From the NCBI GenBank assembly GCA_963422645.2, contig CAXXVO010000007.1:32001-96000 (forward strand): a stretch of 64,000 nucleotides of DNA. The letters run 5' to 3'. The notes beneath the pieces are model-generated. The model was not told the origin of the DNA. It was given only the letters and a program-made list of their open reading frames with translations, and made no database searches. Of the stretch, positions 18,422-28,439 are shown piece after piece. Origin of the DNA: Alphaproteobacteria bacterium. GTDB taxonomy: Bacteria; Pseudomonadota; Alphaproteobacteria; UBA828. Each line of letters begins with the position of its first letter. Within the stretch, counting starts at the first letter, position 1. Position numbers and translations under genes: made by a program.

Positions 18422-19472
18422 ACCGCTTATGCACATGGCTCCGGTCGCGAGAGTTTGCCACCAGATGTTGAGGTTGAGGTTAGGGCGGGAGAACGGGTAG
18501 AATGTTGCCTATACGTTCCTGCCGACGGAGCCACCACATGAAACAGGTCGCCGACAGCCTCCTCGCCTTCCAGCACATGTTCCCGGACGATGACGCCTGC
18601 GCCGCCTGGCTGATCGAAATGCGCTGGCCGGACGGCTTCGTCTGTCCCGCGTGCGGCCATGAAAAGGGATGGGCGCTGCGCAGAAAAGCACACACCTTCG
18701 AGTGCGCCGGCTGCCGCCGGCAGACCTCGGTGACGGCCGGGACGATCCTGCACGCCAGCAAGCTGCCGCTCACCGTCTGGTTCTGGGCCGCCTACCTGAT
18801 GGCGACCCACTCCAACGGCATCTCTGCCCTGCAGCTCCAGAAACAGCTCGGTATCGGCTCTTACCGCAGCGCTTGGCTGCTCGCCCACAAGCTGCGCGCC
18901 AGCATGGTCGACCCCGAGCGCAACCCGTTGTCGGGCCTGGTGGAAATCGACGAGGCCAGCCTTCCATTCCGGACCAAAGACGATCCTCCCACCGGAGGGC
19001 AAGGACGCAGCCACGACGGCAAGATGCTCATCGTCGGCGCCATCGAACTGGGGGATGGAACCATCCCGGGCCGCCTGCGGCTGGCCGAAATCTCCTCCTA
19101 CGGCGCCGCCGACCTCGGACACTTCGTCGAAACCGCCGCCGATCCCGACGCCATCGCGAAAACCGACGGCTGGTCCGGCTACGCTGCGGTCCCCGCCGAT
19201 CGCCACAATGTCCATGTCGTCGGGAAGACCGCCGCTCACCTCGTCCTGCCGTGGATCCACCAAGTCTTCTCCAACCTCAAAGGATGGGCGCGAGGCGTCT
19301 ACCACGGGCTGCGCCGCAAGCATCTGCAGGCCTATCTCGATGAGTTCGCCTTTCGCTTCAACCGCCGCAAAACCCGCCACGCTGCTTTCCGCTCGCTCTT
19401 CCGCATCGCCACCAATGCAAAACCCCTTACCTACAGCATGTTGATCGAACCGGAGCCATGTGCATAAGCGGT
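18422..19472 (+). mobile_element. IS1595-family element, 1051 bp
   Basis: Perfect 24-bp IR ACCGCTTATGCACATGGCTCCGGT; 8-bp target duplication ATCTAGGA. Confidence 0.95.
18502..19467 (+). CDS. IS1595 transposase (start may be ATG 18538)
   Basis: RWPDGFVCPACG zinc ribbon, VEIDE, KTDGW, YLDEFAFRFNRR. Confidence 0.92.
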   Translation: MLPIRSCRRSHHMKQVADSLLAFQHMFPDDDACAAWLIEMRWPDGFVCPACGHEKGWALRRKAHTFECAGCRRQTSVTAGTILHASKLPLTVWFWAAYLMATHSNGISALQLQKQLGIGSYRSAWLLAHKLRASMVDPERNPLSGLVEIDEASLPFRTKDDPPTGGQGRSHDGKMLIVGAIELGDGTIPGRLRLAEISSYGAADLGHFVETAADPDAIAKTDGWSGYAAVPADRHNVHVVGKTAAHLVLPWIHQVFSNLKGWARGVYHGLRRKHLQAYLDEFAFRFNRRKTRHAAFRSLFRIATNAKPLTYSMLIEPEPCA

Positions 19473-19915
19473 ATCTAGGATTACGGCACGGTCGCCATTC
19501 TGAAGCGACGCAGTGATCGTCGACTCGAGCGCCTGCGCGTTGGCGGGCTCGATCCGCCCGCTCACGCGGGCGACCAGCACGCCATCCTGCCGCTCGATCG
19601 TCGCTTCCATTGTGCTCCTCCCCGTGAAGACGGCGCGCGCCTATAGCACGAGCGGAGGATTGCCCACCAGTCCGGACGAAGATGACCGAACCAACCGCCT
19701 GGGCTACCTGGTCTTCCGATGCGCTATCGGTCGTGCGTTGGCCGCGCCGGCTTCGGCGGCGAATGCGTCCTGGCATAGGGTCCGGGCCGACCGGCATAGC
19801 GGAAGGACTGGAATTCGGCCGTCACCAACCCCATGATAGAAACAGGCGGCGGTACCCTGTGGCCTGCCTGCGCCGCGGGACGAGGGGCAGGGGCACGACC
19901 GCAGAGGGCTGGGAG

Positions 19916-21398
19916 ATGGCGTCCTCGAACATGCCGCTCGCACGCGGCCTGCCGGTCGTCGGCAGCGTGTTTGACATGGCGCGGGACATGCGCGCCTTCC
20001 TCACTGACAACTACCATGAGCTCGGGCCGGTCTACGGCATGCGCCTGCTCAACCGGCGCTTCACCGTGCTGGCGGGCGTGGAGGCCAACCGCTTCCTCGC
20101 CCGGCAGGGTACGAAGCACTTCCGCTCCTTCGAGTTCTGGAGCGGCTTCAACGCCTGGTTCGGCGCCGCGCGCTCCACGCTCAGCGCCGACGGGGCCGAG
20201 CACGCGGCCTTCCGGCGCACGTTGAAGCGCGGCTATTCGCGCGAGTACGCCGTGGAGCATATGGGCGGCATGATCGACATCGCGCGACGGGAGATCGCGG
20301 CGTGGCCGGCAGAACGTCCGATGGCTGCAGTGCCGGCGCTGCAACGGATCGTCACCGACCAGGTGGGCACGCTGGTGGCCGGCGTCTCGCCGCGTCCCTA
20401 CAACGACGACCTGGTCTGCTATGTCCACGGTCTGCTGTCCGCCACCGTCGTGCCGAGGCCCTACCTGCGCTGGTCGCCGCGTTTCCGCCGCGCCTCGGCG
20501 CAGGTGGACAAGCTCTATAACGAAGTCATCGAGTGCCATTCCGGCACGATGCGGGAGCGGCACGGCGCCGCGCCGGACTTGATCGACGACCTCTTGGACC
20601 TTCACGAAGAGGACCCGAAATTCTTCCCGGAGGCGGACCTGAAGATCGCGGCCATGGGCCCCTTCGTCGCGGCGCTGGACACGGTGGCTGGCACCTGCGC
20701 CTTCATGCTCTACGCCCTGCTCAGGAACCCGGACGTGCTGGAGAAGGTGCGCGAAGAGGCCGCCGCCCTCCTCAGCGGCGACGTGCCGGCCGGTCAGGCG
20801 CTGCGCGAGATGGACGCGATGCACCGTGCGGCCATGGAAACCATGCGGATGTATCCGGTCACGCCGCTCCTGGTCCGGACCGCCGCGAATTCCTTCGAGT
20901 TCGCGGGCCATCGCATCCCCGCCGGCGAGCAGGTGATGATCGCGACCGCGGTGCCGCACTACCTGCCGGAATTCTTCCCGGAGCCCGAGCGCTTCGACAT
21001 CGACCGCTACACGCCGGAGCGGGCGGAGCACAAGCAAGCCCTACGTCTACGCGCCCTTCGGCCTGGGCCCCCACCGCTGCCTCGGCAACGGCTTCGCCGA
21101 GGTGCAGATCGCCGCCACAATGGCGACCATCCTGCACGAGGTGGACCTCGACCCCGACAGGGCCGACTACAGCCTCAAGACCACCCAGATACCCCTTCCC
21201 GCGCCCGACGAATCCTTCAAGGTCCGCGTTAGGGCGCGGCGCGGCACCCCGCAGCCGCTTGCGGAACCCAAGCCCTGGGGCGCGCTCGGGGCGGTGCTCG
21301 GCGGCGCGCTCTGGGGCGCACTCGGCGCCGAAGCCGCGAGAGAGGCCTTTCGCTCGTTGACTCCCGCGCACCTCAGCCGGCGTCAGCTCAGCCGATAA
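19916..21398 (+). pseudogene. Cytochrome P450 with a frameshift just before the heme-binding motif
   Basis: AALDT I-helix, ETMR (ExxR), PERF; FGLGPHRCLG lies in the +1 frame after AAGCAAGCCC (about 21036). Confidence 0.85.
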
Positions 21399-22224
21399 GG
21401 GTGGCGTAGCGGTCGACGACCGGCATCACCCCGTCGCGCCCTTCCGGCGGCAGGATTAGCAGGGCACGGTCCATCCCGGCCTCCCGGCAGGCGTCCAGAT
21501 AGCCGGATTCAGGCGCGGCGCCGAAGACCGTGGCGGAGACCGTGGCCGGGTCGCGCCCGGCGCCTTCGGCGGCGGCGCGGAGCCTCGCCATGCCTTCGGC
21601 CGGATCGGGCAGCAGCGGGCCGCGCGGGAACCAGCCCGAGCAGAAATCCATCACGCGCCGCATGGTGTGCACGGTCTCGCCGCCCAGCAGAATCGGCGGA
21701 TGCGGCTTCTGCACAGGCTTCGGCCACGACCAGATGGGCTCGAAGGACGTGAACTCGCCCTCGTAGCTCGCCTCGTCCGCGGCCCAGATTGCCTGCATGG
21801 CCTTGACCCGGTCCTCCATGAGGCGAAAGCGGGTCTCGAAGCGGGTGCCGTGATGCTCCATCTCTTCGGCGTTCCAGCCCGCGCCGATACCGAAGTCGAA
21901 GCGCCCGCCGGAGACCAGATCGAGGCTCGCCACCGCCTTCGCGGTGACGATGGGGTCGCGCTCGGTGACCAGGCAAATGCCGGTGCCAAGGCGGAGCGTA
22001 CCGGTCACCGCCGCGGCCGCCGCCAGCCCCACGAAGGGGTCGAGCGTGTGGGAGTATTCCGGCGGCAGCTCCGCCCCGCCCCGCCAGGGCGAGCGCCGGC
22101 TGGTGGGGATGTGGGTGTGCTCGGGCACGAAGAGCGAGTCGAACCCCCGCTCCTCCAGCGCTGGCGCAAGCTCGGTGAGCGCAATGCAATAGTCGGTGGC
22201 GAAGATGGCGGCGCCGATCTTCAT
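21388..22224 (-). CDS. LLM-class (probably F420-dependent) oxidoreductase
   Basis: FVPEHTHIP, LGTGICLV, GIGAGWNAEE, PKPVQKPHPPILLGG. Confidence 0.85.
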   Translation of the reverse strand: MKIGAAIFATDYCIALTELAPALEERGFDSLFVPEHTHIPTSRRSPWRGGAELPPEYSHTLDPFVGLAAAAAVTGTLRLGTGICLVTERDPIVTAKAVASLDLVSGGRFDFGIGAGWNAEEMEHHGTRFETRFRLMEDRVKAMQAIWAADEASYEGEFTSFEPIWSWPKPVQKPHPPILLGGETVHTMRRVMDFCSGWFPRGPLLPDPAEGMARLRAAAEGAGRDPATVSATVFGAAPESGYLDACREAGMDRALLILPPEGRDGVMPVVDRYATLIG

Positions 22225-22377
22225 GGCTCGATGCTCCGGGTGCGGTGTTCAATCGCGGCGCGTCTGGCGCGGCGCACGCTCTCACGCGCTACGGTGCGGC
22301 GCAACCGCCCGCCTTGACAAGGCGCGGGCACGCCCACAGCCTTCCCGCGCTGCCTCAGCCATCGCCCGAGTATCGCC

Positions 22378-23229
22378 ATGAACGAGGAGACTTCCGCCGC
22401 AAGCGCGGCGCCCTGGCAAAGCCCGACGCTGAGCCTCGACGGCCGGGTCGCGATCGTGGCCGGCGCCGGCCAGACGCCGGGACCGGTGATCGGCAACGGC
22501 CGGGCCACCTGCGTGCTCTTCGCCCGCGCCGGCGCGCACGTGGTGGCCCTCGACCGCGACCGCGCGTCCGCCGAGGAAACTGCCGCAACCATCAAGGCAG
22601 AGGGCGCCGCAGCCGAGGCGCTGGTCGCCGATGTCACGGACGAGCGCGCGCTGATCAAGGCCGTCCGCTCCGTCGTCGCCCGCCACGGGCGCATCGACGT
22701 GCTGCAGAACAACGTGGGCGTCGCCTATACCGGCGGGGATTCGCCGCTCGCGGACCTCGACGAGGCGAGCTTCGACCGGGTCATGGCGATCAACCTGCGC
22801 GGCACGGTGATGGCCTGCAAGCACGTGGTCCCGGTCATGCAGAGCCAGGGCAGCGGGGTGATCACCAACATCTCATCGATCGCCGCGGTGGTCGACTACA
22901 AGTCGGTCACCTACAAGACGAGCAAGGCAGGCATGATCGCCTTCTCCCGCCAGCTCGCGCTCGACTGCGCGCCCGACGGCGTGCGCGTGAACGCCATCCT
23001 GCCGGGATACATGGACACGCCCATGGCGGTGGACACGCAAGCCCGCCGCTACGGCAAGCCGCGCGAGGAGATCGCCGCCACCCGCGACACCTGGAGCCCG
23101 CTCAGGGGCGGCATGGGCAGCGCCTGGGACGTGGCCCAAGCCTCGCTCTTCCTCGCCTCCGACGCCGCCCGCTTCATCACCGGCGTGGCGCTCCCGGTGG
23201 ACGGCGGGGTCATGGCCCGGATCGGCTGA
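22378..23229 (+). CDS. SDR family oxidoreductase
   Basis: GxxxGxG-like motif, NNVG, YKTSK catalytic motif, VNAILPG. Confidence 0.9.
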   Translation: MNEETSAASAAPWQSPTLSLDGRVAIVAGAGQTPGPVIGNGRATCVLFARAGAHVVALDRDRASAEETAATIKAEGAAAEALVADVTDERALIKAVRSVVARHGRIDVLQNNVGVAYTGGDSPLADLDEASFDRVMAINLRGTVMACKHVVPVMQSQGSGVITNISSIAAVVDYKSVTYKTSKAGMIAFSRQLALDCAPDGVRVNAILPGYMDTPMAVDTQARRYGKPREEIAATRDTWSPLRGGMGSAWDVAQASLFLASDAARFITGVALPVDGGVMARIG

Positions 23230-23255
23230 CAGGTTCGTCTGACGCGCTCCTCCGC

Positions 23256-23933
23256 TCAGGCGTTCCAGATCGGATCCTTCAGCGTCGCGACGAAGGCGGC
23301 ATGGGCCGCCACCTCGGCCTCGGTCGGCGCGTGCGGGCGCGGCGGGCGGGCAGCACGGTCGGCGCGGGACGCGGGCGCGGCTCCAGGCGTGGGTACCGCG
23401 CGTTGCAGCTCGAGCCCGGGCTGACGGCCGCCGGTCAGTTCCAGATAGACCTCGGTCAGCAGCTCGGCGTCCAGCAGCGCGCCGTGCTTTTCCCGCATCG
23501 ACCGGTCGATCGCGAAGCGCTTGCAGAGTGCATCGAGGCTCGCCGGTGCGCCGGGAAACTTGCGCCTGGCGATCGCCAGTGTGTCCACTGTCCGCTCCAC
23601 CGGGATTGGCGGCTTGCCGATGCGCTCAAGCTCGGCATTGAGGAAGCCGAGGTCGAAGGGCGCGTTGTGCATGACCAGCTTGTCATCGCCGATGAAGTCG
23701 AGAATCGCGTCGACCTCCTCGGCGAAGCGCCGGTGCTTGGCGAGAAAATCCCGGGTGAGACCATGCACCCGCTCGGCGCCCTCCGGCATGTCGCGCTCGG
23801 GGTCGAGATAGCGCTGGAAACGCCGGCCCGAGGGGATGTGGTTGACAAGCTCGACCGCGCCGACCTCGACGATCCTGTGGCCCTCCGCCGGCTCCAGGCC
23901 GGTGGTCTCGGTATCGAGCACGACCTCACGCAT
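23256..23933 (-). CDS. dnaQ: DNA polymerase III epsilon subunit
   Basis: LDTETTG, HNAPFD, HGALLDAELL. Confidence 0.95.
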   Translation of the reverse strand: MREVVLDTETTGLEPAEGHRIVEVGAVELVNHIPSGRRFQRYLDPERDMPEGAERVHGLTRDFLAKHRRFAEEVDAILDFIGDDKLVMHNAPFDLGFLNAELERIGKPPIPVERTVDTLAIARRKFPGAPASLDALCKRFAIDRSMREKHGALLDAELLTEVYLELTGGRQPGLELQRAVPTPGAAPASRADRAARPPRPHAPTEAEVAAHAAFVATLKDPIWNA

Positions 23934-24594
23934 AGTCACCCTCCTGAACCGGCTTCAGCGCGCCCGCCCAGCACGCGGGCCAACACGTGCCGCGCTCTGC
24001 GGCAAGGCGGGCCGCGATCCGCCTTGCAGCCATTCGTGACACCCGCCGGTCGAGCCCGGTGCGGATCACGAAGTCCGCGCGCCGCCGCTTCTCGGCGTCC
24101 GGCATCTGGCGGGCGAGGATCGCGGCCAGGCGTTCCTCGGTCATCCGGGCCCGGCCCAGCACCCGTGCGCGCTGCACGAAATCCGGCGCCGAGACCACCA
24201 GAGTCGCATCGCAGTGCGTCTCGCCGCCGGTCTCGAAGAGCAGTGGCATGTCGAGGACCGCGAGGCGGCAGCCCCGTCGCTGGCTCGTCGCGAGGAAATG
24301 CCGCTCGCCCGCGCGGACCAGGGGATGGAGGATCGCCTCCAGCTCCGCCAGCGCCTCGGGGTCCGCGAAGACGCGCGCACCGAGCACCCGGCGATCAGCC
24401 GCGCGCGCTGCGCCCTCGCCCGATGCAGCATCGGGGAAGCGCGCGAGCACCGGCGCCACCGCGGTCCCGCCGGGCGCGAGCAGCCGGTGCACCGCCGCAT
24501 CGGCGTCGTAGACGGTGGCGCCGCACGCGCGCAAGGCGTTTGCCACGGTCGTCTTGCCCATGCCGATGGAGCCGCTAAGGCCAAGGATGACCAC
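23926..24594 (-). CDS. coaE: Dephospho-CoA kinase
   Basis: GLSGSIGMGKTT, DMPLLFE; synteny. Confidence 0.95.
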   Translation of the reverse strand: MVILGLSGSIGMGKTTVANALRACGATVYDADAAVHRLLAPGGTAVAPVLARFPDAASGEGAARAADRRVLGARVFADPEALAELEAILHPLVRAGERHFLATSQRRGCRLAVLDMPLLFETGGETHCDATLVVSAPDFVQRARVLGRARMTEERLAAILARQMPDAEKRRRADFVIRTGLDRRVSRMAARRIAARLAAERGTCWPACWAGALKPVQEGDYA

Positions 24595-24606
24595 GGCCGC
24601 CCCCCT

Positions 24607-25446
24607 TCACAGCCCTTCGGCGGCGAAGCTGCGGAGTGCCTCCGTCGCCTCGGCCTCGCGGCCAAACCAGGCAGCGAAGCCTGGCCGCGCCTGATGGATC
24701 AACATGCCGAGCCCGTCCACCGCCACATGGCCGCGCGCCCGCGCCGCCTTCAGCAGCTCCGTCTCCAGCGGCGCGTAGACCAGGTCGTAGACCACCGCAT
24801 CGGCAGGCAGACGGTCGAGAGCGAGGTCGAGCCTGGGCTTGCCCACCTGGCCGAGCGTCGTGGTGTTGACGAGCAGCCCGCAGCCGTCGAGCGCTGCTTC
24901 CCTCTGCTCCCAAGGGAGCGGGTCGACTGCGTTGCCCGCTTCTTCGGCGAGCGCCGCCGCGCGTTCGCCCGAGCGGTTGAGCAGGCGCATTTCGGCGACG
25001 CCTGCGGTAGAGAGCGCATCTAACACCGCGCGCGCCGCGCCGCCGGCCCCCAGCACTGTGACCGGCGACGCAAGCTCCCAGCCTGGCGCTTCCTGGCGCA
25101 GGTGGCTGATGAAGCCGAAGCCATCGCTGTTGTCGCCGTGCAACGCACCGTCGTCCGCGACCGTCACGGTGTTCACCGCGCCGATCCGGCGCGCGCTCTC
25201 CGACAGCGAGTCCATGCGCGCGAGGGCGGCCTCCTTGTGCGGCGCGGTCAGGTTGCACCCACGAAATCCAAGAGCAGGCAGCGCAGCGAGGGCGGAGTCC
25301 AGAGCCTCGGGCCGCACCGCGAGCGGCAGGTAGGCGCCGTCGATCCCCTTCTCTTCGAGCCAGTAGCCGTGAATGCGCGGCGAGCGCGAGTGCGCCACCG
25401 GCCAGCCCATGACCCCGGCGAGCTGCGCCGCCCCGGTAAGGATCAT
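24607..25446 (-). CDS. aroE: Shikimate dehydrogenase
   Basis: HSRSPRIH, NLTAPHK, GAVNT, GAGGAA, DGLGML. Confidence 0.95.
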   Translation of the reverse strand: MILTGAAQLAGVMGWPVAHSRSPRIHGYWLEEKGIDGAYLPLAVRPEALDSALAALPALGFRGCNLTAPHKEAALARMDSLSESARRIGAVNTVTVADDGALHGDNSDGFGFISHLRQEAPGWELASPVTVLGAGGAARAVLDALSTAGVAEMRLLNRSGERAAALAEEAGNAVDPLPWEQREAALDGCGLLVNTTTLGQVGKPRLDLALDRLPADAVVYDLVYAPLETELLKAARARGHVAVDGLGMLIHQARPGFAAWFGREAEATEALRSFAAEGL

Positions 25447-26084
25447 GTCTCCACCAGCCCGTGCTCGCGAAGGAAGCCAAGGAGCGGCAGAAGCGGCAGG
25501 CCCAGCACCGCAAACCAGTCGCCCTTGATTTCCGCGAGCAGCTGCCCGCCCATGCCCTCCGCCTCGTAGCCGCCGACGCAGGCGAGAATCCCGTCTCCCG
25601 CCTGCTCCAGATAGCGCTCCAGGAAAGCGTCCGAGAAAGGCCGCATCGTGAGTTGCGGACACACCACCTCGCCCCAGATTTCGGCCTCGTCGCGGACCAC
25701 GGAGACCGCTGTCACCAGCGTGTGCTGGCGGCCCCGGAGCCGCTGGAGCTGCCCCCGCGCGTCGTCGACACCCATGGGCTTGTCGAACCACTCGTCGCCG
25801 CAGACGAGGAGCTGGTCGGCGCCGATGACGAAGGCGCTTGGCGCGCCCGTGCTGACCCGCCGGGCTTTGAGCGCGGCGAGCGCCCGTGCGGTCTCTCGAC
25901 CCTCGGGGTCCTCGGCCCGCATGGCGTCCTTGACCGCGCCTTCGTCCACCCGCGCCGGCTGGACCGAAAAGGAGAGGCCAACGGCGCGCAGCATCGCGGC
26001 GCGCACGGCCGCCTGAGAGGCGAGCACTAGATGCCGGTCGCCAGCCTCTCCGTGCGAGGCTGGGCCACCCTCAGCCATTGCCAT
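25443..26084 (-). CDS. maf: Maf family nucleoside triphosphate pyrophosphatase
   Basis: LVLASQ, IGADQ, KP, VLGLPLLPL. Confidence 0.9.
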   Translation of the reverse strand: MAMAEGGPASHGEAGDRHLVLASQAAVRAAMLRAVGLSFSVQPARVDEGAVKDAMRAEDPEGRETARALAALKARRVSTGAPSAFVIGADQLLVCGDEWFDKPMGVDDARGQLQRLRGRQHTLVTAVSVVRDEAEIWGEVVCPQLTMRPFSDAFLERYLEQAGDGILACVGGYEAEGMGGQLLAEIKGDWFAVLGLPLLPLLGFLREHGLVET

Positions 26085-26156
26085 GGATTCGCTTTCCTGT
26101 CCCGGCTCGCCCGCGCGATGCTGAAGAATATACGCTTCCCGCGCCGCGCCAACCGC

Positions 26157-26972
26157 TCAGCCCGAAAGCGCGCGGCGGTCGTGCAGCTGCAGGATTGCGG
26201 CGGTGGTCTCCTCGATCGAGCGGTCGGTCACGTCGATGACCGGCCATGCGGCCTCGGCAAAGAGCCGCCTGGCCTGCCGCACCTCCTCCTCCACCTGCAG
26301 CGGGTCCACGTAGGCGGTCTCTCCGACATCGCCGATCATGCGCATGCGGCTGCGCCGAATGTCGATCAAGTGCTCCGGGTGACACGTGAGGCCCACCACC
26401 AGCGCACCCCTCAGCGCCGGGAGTTCGGGCGGCAGCGGACAACCGGGCACCATCGGCACATTGGCCGCCTTGAGGCCGCGATTGGCCAGGTAGAAGCAGG
26501 TCGGGGTCTTCGAGGTCCGCGAGACGCCGACGAGCACGATGTCCGCCTCGCGCAGCGACGCCGGCGAGTGTCCGTCGTCATGGGCGAGCGCATAGTTCAT
26601 CGCCTCGATGCGCTTGAGATAGGCCGCGTCCATGACATGCTGTCGGCCCGGCTGATTGCGGCTCTCGACGCCGAGAAATGCGCTCAATGCCGTAATCGCC
26701 GCGTCGAGGAGCGGGATGCAGGGCACCGCGAGGCGCCGGCATTGCACGTCCAGGAGGATACGGAGTTGCGGATCGACGAGGGTGTACATCACCACGCCGG
26801 GCTCAGTCTCCACATGCGTGAGCACGCGGCGCAACTGACTCTCAGTTCGCACCAGAGACCACAGGTGCTCGACCGCATCCACGCCCTGAAACTGCGCCGC
26901 CGCCGCGCGCGCGATCGTGATGCAGGTCTCGCCGGTAGCATCTGAGACCAGATGCAGATGAAACCTTGGCAT
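26157..26972 (-). CDS. Pyruvate,phosphate/water dikinase regulatory kinase-pyrophosphorylase (DUF299)
   Basis: VSDATGET, HDDG, GVSRTSKTP, RSIEET. Confidence 0.92.
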   Translation of the reverse strand: MPRFHLHLVSDATGETCITIARAAAAQFQGVDAVEHLWSLVRTESQLRRVLTHVETEPGVVMYTLVDPQLRILLDVQCRRLAVPCIPLLDAAITALSAFLGVESRNQPGRQHVMDAAYLKRIEAMNYALAHDDGHSPASLREADIVLVGVSRTSKTPTCFYLANRGLKAANVPMVPGCPLPPELPALRGALVVGLTCHPEHLIDIRRSRMRMIGDVGETAYVDPLQVEEEVRQARRLFAEAAWPVIDVTDRSIEETTAAILQLHDRRALSG

Positions 26973-26999
26973 GAGCTCGCCTGGACCCTCCGCGCTGCG

Positions 27000-27386
27000 C
27001 CCGCACGGGCACGATTCCTCAACACCCTCATGTGGGGAATCCGTGGGCAACCCCGCCCAGCCCGCAAGTCCCCAGCCTATCCCATCATCCATGTCACAGG
27101 ACAGCCACAGTGGGGATAACGCTCTTACGATCGGCCCTGTCAGGTGTCCTTCCACAGAATCCACATTTTCCCACGACCGCTGAAGGACCCGGACGTATTG
27201 GCCCTTCGTTGCTTTTTCACCTCGAGCCCTTCTGCGGCAAGATCCACCCGATGATTCACCGGACCCATGGGATGAACGCCACAATCCACTCCGCTACGCC
27301 AACAACATCATCCACCCTTACTTAACTTAAGACTCAATTAATGAAGATAGTCTGACGAAACCGGGGACAAGGGCCGACTCGCAATC
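27000..27386. other. Probable chromosomal replication origin (oriC)
   Basis: Intergenic between DUF299 and hemE, as in other Alphaproteobacteria; DnaA-box-like TGGGGATAA (27111), CCTTCCACA/GAATCCACA (27148-27165), TCATCCACC (27308); AT-rich tract 27318-27350. Confidence 0.8.
27327..27341. promoter_or_regulatory. CtrA box containing a CcrM site
   Basis: TTAA-GACTCAA-TTAA = TTAA-N7-TTAA with GANTC in the spacer. Confidence 0.7.
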
Positions 27387-28439
27387 GTGGACGCAGATAC
27401 CAAACCACTTCTCGCGGCACTTCGGGGAGAGGCACAACGGCCGCCGCCGCTCTGGCTGATGCGCCAGGCAGGGCGCTACTTGCCTGAGTATCGGGCGTTG
27501 CGGGCAAAGGCGGGATCCTTCCTCGACCTTTGCTATGACCCAGCGCTGGCGGCGGAGGCCACACTTCAACCTCTGCGTCGCTTCCCCCTCGACGGGATCA
27601 TCCTGTTCTCCGACATCCTGGTGGTGGCGGATGCGCTGGGCGTGAAGCTCTGGTTCGAGGAAGGCGAGGGACCGCGTCTTGAGCCAGTCCCGGAGGGCGG
27701 TCCCCTTCCCGAGTTCGATGCGGATCGGCAACGGCGCCATCTCGCGCCCGTCTACGAGGCGATGGAACGGGTCGTGGCGGCGGCGCCGGCCGAGGCGACG
27801 GTGCTGGGTTTCGCTGGGGCGCCGTGGACGCTTGCGACCTACATGGTCGGCGGCGGCCGGAGCCGGGATTTTGCCGCTACCAAGGGCTGGGCTTACCGCG
27901 ATCCCGGGAGCTTCGGTCACCTAATCGAGACGGTACGCGAGGCGGTGACGACGCACTTGATCGCCCAGCTCGACGCCGGCGCCGACGCGGTTCAGGTCTT
28001 TGACAGCTGGGCCGGAGCGCTGCCAGAGAGCGAGCTAGAAGGGTGGAGCATCGATCCCATCAAGCGGATCGTGGCCGACGTAAAGGCGGCGCACCCGGCG
28101 GCTCCCATCATCGGCTATCCGCGCGGCGTGGGCGTGCTCTACGAGCGCTTCGCGGCGGAGACCGGCGTGGACGCAGTCTCCATCGACAGCACCGTGCCGC
28201 TGGCCTGGGCGGCGTTAAGGCTGCAGCCGCACTGTACGGTGCAGGGCAACCTCGATCCGGTGGCGCTGCTGGCGGGCGGCGATGCGCTGCGTCACGCGGC
28301 CGGCCGTATTCTGGGAGCGCTCAGTCAGGGCCCCTTCGTGTTCAACCTGGGTGAAGGTGTGCTGCCCCGGACCCCGCCTGAGCATGTCGCGGAGCTTGCC
28401 GACCTCGTACACGCGTGGCCGGATGAGACCAGGCGATGA
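27387..28439 (+). CDS. hemE: Uroporphyrinogen decarboxylase
   Basis: WLMRQAGRYLPEYR, FSDIL, QGNLDP. Confidence 0.97.
   Translation: MDADTKPLLAALRGEAQRPPPLWLMRQAGRYLPEYRALRAKAGSFLDLCYDPALAAEATLQPLRRFPLDGIILFSDILVVADALGVKLWFEEGEGPRLEPVPEGGPLPEFDADRQRRHLAPVYEAMERVVAAAPAEATVLGFAGAPWTLATYMVGGGRSRDFAATKGWAYRDPGSFGHLIETVREAVTTHLIAQLDAGADAVQVFDSWAGALPESELEGWSIDPIKRIVADVKAAHPAAPIIGYPRGVGVLYERFAAETGVDAVSIDSTVPLAWAALRLQPHCTVQGNLDPVALLAGGDALRHAAGRILGALSQGPFVFNLGEGVLPRTPPEHVAELADLVHAWPDETRR

Larger units (their letters stand above)
18213..19610 (-). pseudogene. STAS-domain (anti-sigma factor antagonist) gene split by IS1595
   Basis: MEATIERQDGVLVARVSGRIE...VILD | FEQLAYIGNVGVRAL... rejoin in frame. Confidence 0.85.

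Noticed and set aside
22245-24578. 777-aa ORF and similar very long ORFs (37763-39673, 55062-57443, 58879-60942)
   Set aside because: They overlap well-supported genes in other frames and are low-complexity GC shadows
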